Assembly: GCA_030390025.1 (NCBI GenBank)
Contig: CM059433.1
Span: forward strand, 6,448,001 to 6,512,000
Length of the DNA stretch: 64,000 nucleotides
Source of the DNA: Squalus acanthias
Taxonomy: Eukaryota
Reading direction: 5' to 3'
Both the position numbers and the translations under genes were made by a program. Every line of letters starts with the position of its first letter. Position 1 is the first letter of the stretch. Positions 47,644 through 59,782 of this stretch are shown one piece after another. Under the pieces are notes generated by a model, which searched no databases, was not told where the DNA came from, and worked only from the letters and a program-made list of their open reading frames with translations.

Positions 47644-49210
47644 CCTCCACTCACTTCCTCCAAATTAAAGGTGTTGCTATGGGTACCCGCATGGGTCCTA
47701 GCTATGCCTGCCTTTTTGTGGGATATGTGGAACATTCTTTGTTCCAGTCCTACTCAGGTCCCCTCCCTCACCTCTTTTTCTGGTACATTGATGACTGTAT
47801 CGGTGCCGTCTCCTGCTCTCGCCCTGAACTAGAAAATTTCATTCACTTTGCTTCCAATTTCCACCCTTCCCTCACCTTCACATGGTCCATCTCCGACTCT
47901 TCCCTTCCCTTCCTCGACTTCTCTGTCTCCATCTCTGGGGATAAGCTATTGACAAACATTCACTATAAGCCCACTGACTCCCACAGCTACCTGGACTACA
48001 CTACCTCCCACCCCGCTTCCTGTAAGGATTCTATTCCATTCTCCCAGTTTCTCCGTCTCCGCTGCATCTGTTCTGATGATGCCACCTTCCATACCAGTGC
48101 TTCCGACATGTCTTCCTTTTTCCTCAACCGAGGATTCCCCTCTACAGTGGTTGACACGGTCCTTGACCATGTCCATTCTAAATCCCGCACTTCTGCTCTC
48201 ACCCCTGCCCCTCCCTCCCGGAACCACGATAGGGTTCCCCTTGTCCTCACCTTTCACCCCACCAGCCTCCACATTCAACGGATCATCCTCCGCCATTTCT
48301 GCCACCTCCAACGTGATCCCACCACCAAACGCATCTTCCCCTCACCTCCCCTTTCAGCATTCCGAAGGGACCACTCCCTCCGCGACACCCTGGTCCACTC
48401 CTCTATCACCCCCAACACCCCTTCCACTTTGCCTGTCACCTTCCCATGCAAGCGCAGGAGTTGCAACACATGCCCTTTTACCTCCCCCCTTCCCACTGTC
48501 CAGGGTCCCAAACACTCCTTCCAGGTGAAACAGTGATTTACTTGTACTTCTTGCAATTTTGTATACTGTATTCGCTGCTCATGATGCGGTTTCCTCTACA
48601 CTGGAGAGACCAAACGCAGATTGGGTGACCGCTTTGCGGAACACCTCCGTTCAGTCCGTAAGGGTCCCCGAGCCTCCGGTCGCCTGTCACTTTAATTCTC
48701 CGCTCCACTCCCACTCTGACCTCTCCGTCCTCGGCCTCTTACACTGTTCCAATGAAGCTCAACGTAAGCTCAAGGAACAGCACCTCATCTTTCAATTAGG
48801 CACTTTACAGCCTTCTGGACTCAACATCGAGTTCAACAATTTCAGACCATAACCTCTGCCCCTATCTTTTTTTTCATTTTTTTTCTCTCTCTCTCACATG
48901 GCAGCTGTCGATCATTCTGCCAGTGCCATTTACACTTCATCGAGAGCCATCTTTTGTTTCTTAACTTGTCCCATTACCATCTCCATTTGTCTTTTAATCT
49001 CTCCTGCCTTCCACCCTATCACAGACCTTCCCTTTTGTTCTTTCCTCCCCTCCCCCCTCTCCCTGCCCCTACACTTGCTTAAAAACCTGTTCCATCTCCA
49101 GCTTTTTCCAGTTCTGACGAAGGGTCATCGACCTGAAACGTTAACTCTGTTTCTCTCTCCACAGATGCTGCCTGACCTGCTGAGTATTTCCAGCATTTTC
49201 TGTTTCTATT
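47644..49210 (+). mobile_element. 5'-truncated Penelope-like retroelement (family A): RT, Cys-rich linker, GIY-YIG endonuclease, 3' terminus
   Basis: QIKGVAMGTRMGPSYA..YIDDC..FLD..HYKPTDSHSYL..IPFSQFLRLR, then CKRRSCNTC, then VYCIRC..LYTGETKRRLGDRFAEH with stops. Near-perfect 10-bp TSD agggcaaatt/agagcaaatt. The Cys linker suggests the Neptune group. Confidence 0.93.
49110..49146 (+). ncRNA. Minimal hammerhead ribozyme motif in the PLE 3' terminus
   Basis: agtt-CTGACGA-a-gggtc(atc)gacct-GAAA-cgtt-aact. Confidence 0.75.
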
Positions 49211-49554
49211 AGAGCAAATTAATTATCGGAAGTCTGTACCTCTCATTGCGCTGGAGAAGGCGCGCAGTGTTTAGTGTTGTTGAAAGGGAGCACAGTTCAT
49301 TTTTTTTTTGACATTGAGCCAAGATGGCCCATTTAATGCTTTCAAAGACTCTTCCCCTATCAGTTTACCCACACATCTCATTCTAAAGGAACAGAGACTA
49401 AGCCAAGCTCTTTATTTTAAATGCTTGTTTAAATTTTCATGAAGCGAGAAGGAAACGATATAGGACAGGAACGATCAAATCCAGCGCTTTGTACTTTCTG
49501 AAGCCGTTACACTGAAGTCATAATATCATTGATGTGCTGAGGTCAGTTTAGTCA

Positions 49555-49771
49555 TTGATGCGGAGATGCCGGTGTTGGACTGGGGTGGACAAAAATGAGA
49601 AGTCGCACAACACCAGGTTATAGTCCAACAGTTTTATTTAAAATTACGAGCTTTCGGAGCGCTGCTCCTTCGTCAGGTAGAGGTACCTGTACCTGACGAA
49701 GGGGCAGCAGCTCCGAAAGCTCGTAATTTTAAATAAAACTGTTGGACTATAACCTGGTGTTGTGCGACTTC
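49555..49771. mobile_element. PLE family B inverted pair of termini with two hammerhead motifs
   Basis: Minus copy 49557-49679 and plus copy 49690-49774. 12-bp TSD tcagtttagtca (49543-49554, 49772-49783). Confidence 0.88.
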
Positions 49772-50099
49772 TCAGTTTAGTCACTGGTTTAGGAGGGTTT
49801 GACAACTGAGGTCTTTTTACTCTTCCATGGTGAGGACGGAGGACTCATAGCTGATAACTTAAAGAATTTGAATCCACCTTTCAGATTTCAGAGAGCGAAA
49901 CACTGAACATCCACAGGCGATTCCTAATCCAAACCTCAAACTGACTCTTCTAGTCACTCAGAAATAATCAGTGGCAATATTCTGCATCTTCCCGTTTGTT
50001 ACACATTCAGTATTACAATCTCAGGCAGGACAGTTTCAAATAAGCAAACCACCAAAAATTTTTTTTTAACTTTACCGACAAATCTCAGGGGTTCGCTAT

Positions 50100-51524
50100 C
50101 AAGACGGGGAATTACAGACCGGTAAGCCTGACATCGGTAGTGGGGAAAATGCTAGAGTCCATTATAAAGGATGTAATAGCTGAGCACTTGAAAAACAGTG
50201 ACAGGATCGGACAAAGTCAACATGGATTTACAAAAGGTAAATCGTGCTTGACTAATCTACTGGAATTTTTTGAGGATGTAACTGGGAAAATAGATAACGG
50301 AGAACCAGTAGATGTGGTGTATTTGGACTTTCAAAAGGCTTTCGATAAGGTCCCGCATAAGAGATTAGCGTGTAAAGTTAAGGCACATGGGATTGGGGGC
50401 AAGGTATTGACTTGGATAGAGAACTGGTTGGCGGACAGAAAGCAGAGAGTAGGAATTAATGGGTCTTTTTCCGAATGGCAGGCAGTGACTAGTGGGGTAC
50501 CGCAGGGTTCGGTCCTTGGACCCCAGCTATTCACAATATACATTAGTGATCTAGATAAGGGAACTAAATGTAATATCTCCAAGTTTGCAGATGACACAAA
50601 GCTGGGTGGGCGTGTGTGCTGCAAGGAGGATACTGAGAAACTCCAGGATGATTTGGACAGGTTGGGTGAGTGGGCAGAAGCATGGTAGATGCAATATAAC
50701 GTGGATAAATGCGAGGTTATCCACTTTGGTGTCAAAAACAGAAAGGCAGATTATTATCTGAATGGCAATAGATTGGGAGAAGGGGAAGTGCAACGAGACC
50801 TGGATGTCCTTGTGCACCAGTCGCTGAAGGTAAGCATGCAGGTGCAGCAGGCGGTGAAGAAGGCAAATGGTATGTTGGCCTTAATAGCGAAAGGGTTTGA
50901 GTATAGGAACAGGGATGTCCTGCTGCAGTTGTACAGGGCCTTGGTGAGACCACACCTTGAGTACTGTGTGCAGTTTTGGTCGCCTTATCTGACGAAGGAT
51001 GTTCTTGCCATGGAAGGAGTTCAGCGAAGATTCACAAGGCTGATACCTGGGATGGCAGGAAAGACATATGAGGAGAGATTGGGTTGATTGGGCTTATACT
51101 CGCTGGAGTATAGAAGAATGAGAGGGGATCTCATCGAAACATATAAAATTCTGACAGGTCTGGACAAACTAGATGCAGGAAGAATGTTCCCGATGGTCGG
51201 AGAGTCCAGAACCAGGGGTCATAATCTAAGGATAAGGGGTAAGCCATTTAGGACAGAAATGAGGAAGAATTTCTTCACCCAGACAGTGATGAACCTGTGG
51301 AATTCTCTACCACAGAAGGTAGTTGAGGCCAAGTCATTAAATATATTCATGAATGAGTTAGATATATTTCTTAAAGCTAAAGGTATCAAGGGATATGGGG
51401 AGAAGGCAGGTACAGGGTACTGAGTTTGGATGATCAGCCATGATCTCATCGAATGGCGGAGCAGGCTCGAGGGGCCGAATGGCCTACTCCTGCTCCTATC
51501 TTCTATGTTTCTATGTTTCTATGT
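50100..51524 (+). mobile_element. CR1 LINE, RT domain through 3' end
   Basis: [41 protein letters not shown], two in-frame stops, tail (tctatgtt)n. Confidence 0.96.
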
Positions 51525-51999
51525 AAGAGCTAGGCCTGCGAAGAATATAAACATGGCTGCATGGAGATAATAGTCCTGTCACTTCAAACGTCCCCATGGC
51601 TGTTTACGCTGCTTTTACCGGCTGCATGCACGGGCGTGCTTTGGAGAGGGCGGCAAGGGAAGCGGCAATATCCAAAACGGATGAGCGGGCGTTGCACGCC
51701 GATTGACGTCACGCTCTGACTAATCACAATACTTTTGGTGAGCGCAGTGAAATATTGTTGCTGAATTGGGAACAGGAGGTTGAAGATGATCATTTGAAGA
51801 ACAAAAGGGGGTGTTTAAAAAGGGGATTTTTCCCCCCACAAGGGGTCATTAGGGCAAGAATACTTTACCACAAGTGGCTATTGAGGCAGAGATTGTATCT
51901 TCATTTAGAGTATAATTGGATAGGTATTAGAAAACAATGAATATATCAAGATATAGTGTAGGTAGCTCTAGTTGGGGAAACTAGCACTGGTATAGGCAC

Positions 52000-52589
52000 G
52001 ATAGCAAAATACTGCAGATGCTGGAAATCCGAAATAACAACAGAAAACGCTTGAAAAACTCAGCAGGCGAGGCAGCATCCGTGGAGAGAGAAACAGAGTT
52101 AACGTTTCAGGTCGAAGACCTTTCGTCAGAACTGGAAATAGCAGGAAATGGAATAGATTTAAGGCAAGGATAAAGCTGGGAAAAGGGGGAGGGGATGAAA
52201 CAACAAAAGGAGAGATTAAGAGACATTAAGAGATATTCAAGGCAAGAGGTGGTGTTAATGTGACAGGTTAAGGCTAAAAGAAGTGTGAAATGCACTGGCA
52301 GAATGAAGGACAGCTGCCAGCTTCTAGGAGGGAAAAAAAAGAGGCGGGGGGGGGGCAAACAAAAGGGTGGATGAAAAAATAAAATATAAATGTGATAGGG
52401 GCTGAGGTTATGGTCTGAAATTGTTGAACTCGATGTTGAGACCAGAGGGCTGTAGGGTGCCTAAACGAAAGATGAGGTGCTGTTCCTCGAGCTTACGCTG
52501 CGCTTCCGTGGAACAGTGTAATAGGCCGAGGACGGTGAGGTCAGAGTGGGAGTGGAGCGGTGAATTAAAGTGACAGGCCACCGGGAGCT
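52000..52589 (-). mobile_element. PLE family A 3' fragment (endonuclease C-terminus and terminus)
   Basis: PVACHFNS..RKLEEQHLIFRLGTLQPSGLN. Hammerhead motif at 52097-52133. 13-bp TSD ctggtataggcac (51987-51999, 52590-52602). Confidence 0.92.
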
Positions 52590-53748
52590 CTGGTATAGGC
52601 ACAGTGGGCCAAATGACCCCCACCTATGCTGTAATTGAAACGTATAAAATTCTTTGAAACGCATAAAATTCTGACAGGGCTAGACAGACTGGATGCAGGG
52701 AGGATGTTTCCCCTGGCTGGGGGGCGCAACAGCAGTGCCACCGACCTGCCGAATATGGCGGCCGCCACGGGACCCGCCAGCACCGGGAGAAAGTGAGACA
52801 GCCGCCATTTTTTCCCCCCAAAATGGGCCTTAATGGCCAGCGCCAACACCTCGGATTTCTAAGCCTATGCCCCCTTGTTCTAGCTTCTCCAGCCAGGGGG
52901 GAAACAGCCTCTCAGCATCTACCCTGTCGAGCCCTCTCAGAATCTTTATATGTTTCAATGAGATCACCTCTCATTCTTCTAAACTCCAGAGAGTATAGTT
53001 TTAAAAGTATCCAGGAGGTCCACTGGGCCCCTAAACCCTTTGGTAAATCAGGTTGATTTACTTACCATGCAGAGTCACGGTGGTGTAAGTTTGCCCTCTC
53101 CAGGGACTCTCACATTGCTTCTCTCTGGGCCGGACACCAGATTCACACTTCGAAGTGACGTTAAACTTGCAACATAAATGCACTACTAGTTACAGTAGAC
53201 TCAAGTCATGACAGATTGGCACAGAAACCTGACAATTCGACCAGCGAGTTCCCCAAATAGTTTCAGTTATTTGATAGTTTCATTTCGTGCAGTTACAGTA
53301 TCAGTGAGGTGTACTACACTTCCGTAATATTAATCACACTATTCTTGCACTTAACATGAAATATCTTTTTGCAATACTCAGCGAACCATAATACAGGCGT
53401 GGGCTGTGAACATTTTACATCTAAAGTACTTCATTACCACTCCCACAACTTCCTGGAACATTAAAATTAAGTTTTTACATGATGATGATGAATCCAAAGA
53501 CGTCATAACTGCTTTTGATTTACCTGAAGAATAGCTCTGGGAAAGATTAAACCATGACAAAATAAAATATTATTCACTGTAACTCAATGTTCCGTTTTGT
53601 GGTACATTTCTGATGGCCCTCTTTAAATTTGCAGTAAAACGAGTCTCTACTCTTGTTTCCACTGTCTGCGAAGCAGTTCGCTGTGAGTCAGCATTTGGCA
53701 AAGGCTGTCACTGTTTTTCAGTCACGGAGCCTGATTCAATTTAGACCA

Positions 53749-53796
53749 AAATGAGAAGTCGCACAACACCAGGTTATAGTCCAACAGTTTTATTAA
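53749..53796 (-). mobile_element. 48-bp PLE family B remnant
   Basis: Family B terminal sequence flanked by the 11-bp TSD aatttagacca (53738-53748, 53797-53807). Confidence 0.8.
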
Positions 53797-54317
53797 AATT
53801 TAGACCAGGCAGCTATTATTTGTCCTACCATCGCTGTTTGAAAGTCCAGTTTTCCCCCATGCCTTATATGAAACACTGAATTAAAAGTGTAATCTAGCAG
53901 GCGTCACGAGCATGTTGCCCTTGCTACATAGATGCAGGCGGCGCACATCGAGCTGAGCCCCCCCAGCTTGAAAGGGTATTGTTTTTCACGCTGCGTTTCA
54001 AACACAGTTAGTTCTCTCTCTCAGAAATTAGCGGGTGAAGAGCCTGGTGCTACAGTAGATAAAGCTAATGGATATGAACCCCCTGTCCAAGAAACAGTCG
54101 AAAAGCTTGTATAATCAAACATCTCTTCTGTGGGGACAAAAAAGCACAGCTGTCAGTAATATTGTTCCCTTCCAGGTAATCCCCTTTCACCCTCATTCTC
54201 CTTAACAGCTGAAGTTCATTGTTTAAAGGCCTGGATTTTGCTCCAGCAAATAGCATGGTCCACGCATCAGTGTAAAGCAGTTCTTTTTACCACAACAGCT
54301 ATTTTACCCATTTTTTT

Positions 54318-55555
54318 TATTCATTCATGGGATATGAGCGTCGTTGGCAAGGCCAGCATTTATTGCCCATCCCTATTTGCCCTCGAGAAGGTGGCGGTGA
54401 GCCGCCTTCTTGAACCGCTGCAGTCCGTGTAGTGAAGGTACTCCCACAGTGCTGTTAGGGAGGGAGTGCCAGGATTTTGACCCAGCGACAATGAAGGATC
54501 GGCCGATATACTTCCAAGTCAGGATGGTGTGTAACTTGGAGGTGGTGGTGTTCCCATGCGCCTGCTGCCCTTGTCCTTCTAGGTTGGAAGAGGTCCCGGG
54601 TTTGGGAGGTGCTGCCGAAGAAGCCTTGGCGAGTTGCTGCAGTGCATCTTGTAGATGGTACACACTGCAGCCACGGTACGCCGGTGTTGGAGGGAGTGAA
54701 TGTTTAAGGTGGTGGAGGGTGTGCCAACCAGGTGGGCTGCTTTGTCCTGGATAGTGTCGAGCTTATTGAGTGTTGTTGGAGCTGCACTCATCCAGGCAAG
54801 TGAAGAGTATTCCATCACACTCCTGACTTGTACCTTGCAGATGGTGGAAAGGCTTTGGGGAGTCAGGAGGTGAGACACACGGAATACAGAATACACAGCC
54901 TCTGACCTGCTCTTGTAGCCACAGTATTTATGTGGCTGGTCCAGTTAAGTTTCTGGTCAATGGTGACCTCCAGGATGTTGATGGTGGGGGATTCAGCGAT
55001 GGTAATGCCGTTGAATGTCAAGGGGAGATGGTTAGACTCTCTCTTGTTGGAAATAGTCATTGCCTGGCACTTGTGTGGCGCGAATGTTACTTGCCACTTA
55101 TCAGCTCAAGCCTGAATGTCGTCCAGGTCTTGCTGCATGTGGGCACGGACTGCTTCATTATCTGAGGAGTTGTGAGTGGCACTGAACACTGTGCAGTCAT
55201 CAGTGAACATCCCCATTTCTGACCTTATGTTGGAGGGAAGGTCATTGATGAAACAGCTGAAGATGGTTGGGCCTAGGACACTGCCCTGAGGAACTCCTGC
55301 AGCGATGTCCTGGGGCTGAGATGATTGACCTCCAACCACCACAACCACCTTCCTTTGTGCTAGGTACGTCTCCAGGAGAGTTTTCCCCTGATTCCCACTG
55401 ACTTCAGTTTTACTAGGGCTCCTTGATGCCACACTCGGTCAAATGCTGCCTTGATGTCAAGGGCAGTCACTCTCACCTCACCGCTGGAATTCAGCTCCTT
55501 TGTCCATGTTTGGACCAAGGCTGTAATGAGGTCGGGAGCCGAGTGGTCCTGGCGG
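54318..55555 (-). mobile_element. Second CR1/L2-group LINE family, RT to 3' end
   Basis: [36 protein letters not shown]. Confidence 0.92.
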
Positions 55556-56423
55556 CAAGGCAGCCCATTTGTAAATATTACACCTTTTGCAGCAGAAGTT
55601 GGAGTGTGCTTTGAATGGAGCTGAGCAATGATTTCACATTAAGTCCAGATCATTTACATACATCATAAATCATTGGGGTTGCCAACCCTCCTGGATTGTC
55701 CGGGAGTCTCCTGGAATCGAGGACTGATCTCCTGGACACTGCTGTGAGCAGCCTGGGAGAAGATTCTGCAAGCTCGCCTGGTGACCACCGCTGCTATATC
55801 TGGAATGGCTCCTTTCCACCTCAGGGCGCGCACGGCTACTCTGCTCTGCTCACAATAGAGTGGTTTCACAGGTGCGGGGCATTGTGGGTATTCAGCGCCA
55901 CCATTGCAGCCTTGCTGTTTTTGGTATTAGAATGCACTCATGTCACCTACGTTGCTGAAGCTGCCCCCCCCCCCCGCCAGCCCTCACCCTCTCCTTCACA
56001 CCAAATCATTATTTTCCCCTCAACAGTTCTCGTCTCTCCCAATGCCAACACTTCTGACATTCTTCCAGACTTGATCCAACAAAAAGGTCTCAGTCTCACC
56101 TCTTATCTCCCATTCTCCATTACAACCCTTCCTGTCTTCCGATTACATCAATACAGTCACGGTTGTGTCAGCTTTCTTGTTCCTTCTGAATTCCAGATGC
56201 ATCGACATGCTCCTCCTCCTGCTTACATCCTCCCTGTGCTGAAAGCAAGCCTTGTCTCCACGTCTCCCACTCGAACTCATTCTTTCCCAGGACCTCATTA
56301 CTTTGGAGCTTCATGCCTGTGGTTTGCGTCCGTGCACTTTCTTCGCCCGCTTGCCTCCTGGTTCTCAGAACTTCTCACATGGACAACTGCTAGCGCAAAA
56401 CCATAAGCAAAGACACTGAACTA

Positions 56424-56622
56424 CCCACAGGGATCTTTATTGGTACCACTGTGAATTAAAGGGTTGCCAACTCTCAGGAACCTACAGGGGAACCAACCTT
56501 TACCAGAACATTTGCAAACTGCAGGCAAGTGTCATGTGATTATACATCATGTGATCAGGATACCACCAATGAGAGTTGGCCACCCTTTAGTTCACAGTGG
56601 TACCAATAAAGGTCCCTGTGGG
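56424..56622. repeat. 53-bp inverted repeat enclosing a small AGGGTTGCCAAC-terminal MITE (56460-56586)
   Basis: Arms 56424-56476 and 56570-56622 match at 50 of 53 positions. Confidence 0.85.
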
Positions 56623-56999
56623 ACACCACTCACCATATTTATCCATCCTGAGAAACTCCCTTTTACCGCGACACTTTACGTTCAGGGCCCTAAATGTTAG
56701 TCATTTGTATTTAAATTCCCATGTCAAAATCAGCGATCTTTTTGAATCAGTTCATCTTTGCTCATCCATTTACTGTAACTTCCTGCTATGGTCTCTAGAA
56801 GTTTGATTCTTAAAAAGGTATGAGTGACAGTTTAGTATAGCGCTGAAAATTCTCTTTCTTATGCTTTTCAGGTGCATTATCTTTTGTGCATTACTTGCTG
56901 CTCCTGTTCTTTCATCGCAAGACTACCTTCTCCCACTGTTGCTGACAACAGCTGCTTCATCAGCAACAACCAGAGAATCTGACACAGCAATTCCACTGG

Positions 57000-57790
57000 G
57001 CATCCCAATGGCAGTGATGGATTTGGAGGTGGAAAAGGATTTCATGCAGAGGGAACAAAGGCAGGTGCAACTGCAATTCAGCGCCTAGCACCCACTTGAC
57101 CTCATGTCAGTAACTGAGTCTTCAGACGCAGGCATAGTGACTCGGGGGCATCTGAAGAACTTGCCTTTGCCATCTATGCTACATAAAAAGAAAGACTTGC
57201 ATTTCTATAGCGCCTTTCACGACCACCGGACGTCTCAAAGCGCTTTACAGCCAATGAAGTACTTTTGAAGTGGAGTCACTGTTGTAATGTGGGAAACGCG
57301 GCAGCCAAATTTGCGCACAGCAAGCTCCCACAAACAGCAATGTGATAATGACCAGATAATCTGTTTTTGTTATGTTGGTTGAGGGATAAATATTGGCCCC
57401 AGGACACCGGGGATAACTCCCCTGCTCTTCTTCGAAATAGTGCCGTGGGGAAGCTGCCACAGAATTAAGTCATCTCCTGCAGCCTAAGCTGCAAACAGAT
57501 TTACCACCGGGGCAGCCCTGCCTGTGGCTGTGAAAGTTAGCACAGTATTAAATGTTTACGCAACTGGATTAATGCAGCTCACTACTTGTGACATTTGTTA
57601 CATCAGTCAATCTCCAGCCCACCGATGCATGAAACAAGTGACAGAAACCTTGTTTGCCAGGGAAACACTTCCATTGTTTTCCCCATCGAAAGGAGGCAAC
57701 AGCAGAAATGGGCATCGCACTCGTACCATATTTTACAAAAGGTGCAGGGCCTCATTGCTGGCACACGTGTGGTCAACAGGACCCCTCTCA
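57000..57790 (+). pseudogene. Old HARBI1-type transposase relic, interrupted by a SINE
   Basis: ALPVAVKVSTVLNVYATGLMQ..DICYISQSPAHRCMKQVTETLFAR (HTH-like) and VQGLIAGTRV, resembling GAIDCTH. Confidence 0.7.
57185..57450 (-). mobile_element. 5'-truncated DeuSINE
   Basis: Nearly identical to 10519-10780. Confidence 0.9.
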
Positions 57791-57799
57791 ACACTTTTT

Positions 57800-58098
57800 T
57801 TTTATTCGTTCGTGGGATGTGAGCATCGCTGGCAAGGCCAGCGTTTATTGCCCATCCCTAATTGCTCTCGAGAAGGTGGTGGTGAGCTGTTGCCTTCTTG
57901 AACCGCTGCAGTCCGTGTGCTGAAGGTACTCCCACAGCGCTGTTAGGGAGGGAGTTCTAGGATTTTGACCCAGCGACGATGAAGGATCGGCCGATATATT
58001 TCCAAGTCAGGATGGTGTGTGACTTGGAGGGGAACTTGGAGGTGGTGGTGTTCCCATGCGCCTGCTGCCCTTGTCCTTCTAGGTGGAAGAGGTCGCGG
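57800..58098 (-). mobile_element. Second LINE family 3' tail
   Basis: Colinear with 22930-23225. Confidence 0.88.
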
Positions 58099-59118
58099 TG
58101 GCATATGTGAATAGGAAATGTTCATTCCATTAATGCATAGGTGGTGTTGGGCCACAGAAACAGAATAATGCAGGTTAATGCACAAGACCCCCGCCCCCCC
58201 CCCCACCCAAGCAATAGCCACAAAGTCTTCCTTTTGCACCAGTAAACCATATCACCATTATTGGAAGGAGCAAGCAGACTGGATGGTTGGCGCGCAGGAG
58301 ACCAACTACAGCCCTGGCTAATGCATTGGTTGAAAAACCCCCAAATAGAGGCAGAATGCAAATCTACAATGAAGCTAATACCTCCACTTGAATTGATTGG
58401 AACATGCTCAATCAGAGATTCCAATATTTGGACAGATCAGTGAGGGGAGTTCTACTCTAAACCTTGGCAAGGCATCGACAAATATACCTATATTACTATA
58501 TCTATACAATATTAAGAATCATGCATCAATCACCCACTTCCTGTTTCTCACATTTGCTTCCAGTGTCACAACTTTATCACACCTGTGTGTCACGCAAGTG
58601 TGTAATGCCTGGGCAATACTTTTAACTGTTTGAGATGTATATTTCCCATTATACTTACCTTTCAGTCCTCACAATGCTCCAACCTCCATCTACCAATCCC
58701 TGTTTCTCTAGGTACCACGACAGGTGGGTTTTAGTTTAATTTTGGTAAATGCGCCAGATAAAATGAATTAAACTTTTATCTTTACAATTTTATATTAATT
58801 TAATTCTAATTTAATGTTTATTGACCTGCCTGCCCATCTCATTTCCCCTTCTCCTTGGGCCTCTGGAGTCCCAGTCTGGCCGCCTCATTCTTTCTTCTCC
58901 TCCTTCCAACCAAAGGCCACACATTCCAACCCCATCTCTACTGCATCCCTATCAACCCATCCAATGCTATATTAATATGTCCCTTCTGAAAATAAGTATT
59001 AGGCTACAGTCCAAAGAAGGTGTAACCAGTTTATTCACCTACTAGTTCTGCGTGCGAGATCTTATTGTTTGCTTCCCTGGTACTTGCCCTTGATGAAAGT
59101 GTATGGTGTGCCATTTCA

Positions 59119-59782
59119 GACATAAGAACATAAGAAATAGGAGCAGGAGTAGGCCATTTGGCCCCTCGAGCCTGCTCCGCCATTTAATGAGATCATGGCC
59201 GATCTGATCTTTGGCTCAGCTCCATTTCCCTGCCCGCTCCCCATAACCCTTGACTCCCCTATAGTTCGAAAATCTGTCTCTGTCTCCACCTTCAATATAT
59301 TCAATGACTCCGCCTCCACAGCTCTCTGAGGCAGAAAATTCCACAGATTTACGACCCTCTGAGAGAAGAAATTCCTCCTCATCTCCGTTTTAAATGGGCG
59401 ACCCCTTATTCTGAAACTATGCCCCCTAGTTCTAGATTCCCCCATGAGGGGAAACATCCTCTCTGCATCTACCCTGTCGAGCCCCTTCAGAATCTTATAT
59501 GTTTCAATAAGATCCCCTCTCATTCTTCTAAACTCCAATGAGTATAGGCCCAACCTGCTCAACCTTTCTTCATAAGACAACCCTTTCATCTCTGGAATCA
59601 ACCTCGTGAACCTTCTCTGAACTGCCTCCAAAGCAAGTATATCCTTCCTTAAATAAGGAGACCAAAGCTGTACGCAGTACTCCTGGGTGTGGTCTCACCA
59701 ACGCCCTGTACAGTTGTAACAGGACTTCCCTGCTTTTATACTCCATTCCCTTTGCAATAAGGGAATGGAGTATAAAAGTAGG
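59119..59782 (-). mobile_element. CR1 3' fragment with a long TSD and a 5' fold-back
   Basis: ORF 59116-59631 is the CR1 RT C-terminus. 27-bp direct repeat at 59092-59118 and 59783-59809. Confidence 0.93.

Noticed and set aside
47577..48852. Active Penelope ORF or telomerase-like host gene
   Set aside because: It is 5'-truncated within the RT, has stops and a frameshift in the endonuclease, and is bounded by a TSD. This is a dead PLE copy.
52640..53000. Opposed CR1 fragments around a GC-rich piece, as another fold-back event
   Set aside because: The two CR1 pieces differ substantially and look like independent insertions.
53067..53560. Minus-strand exons (ATG/GTAAGT donor near 53066 and CAG/GTAAAT near 53523)
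   Set aside because: The donors are plausible, but no recognisable peptide or consistent exon chain supports them.
55696..56406. 236-aa plus-strand ORF
   Set aside because: Non-ATG start inside a MITE terminus, pyrimidine-biased Ser/Pro/Leu composition, and no domain. Likely a chance ORF.
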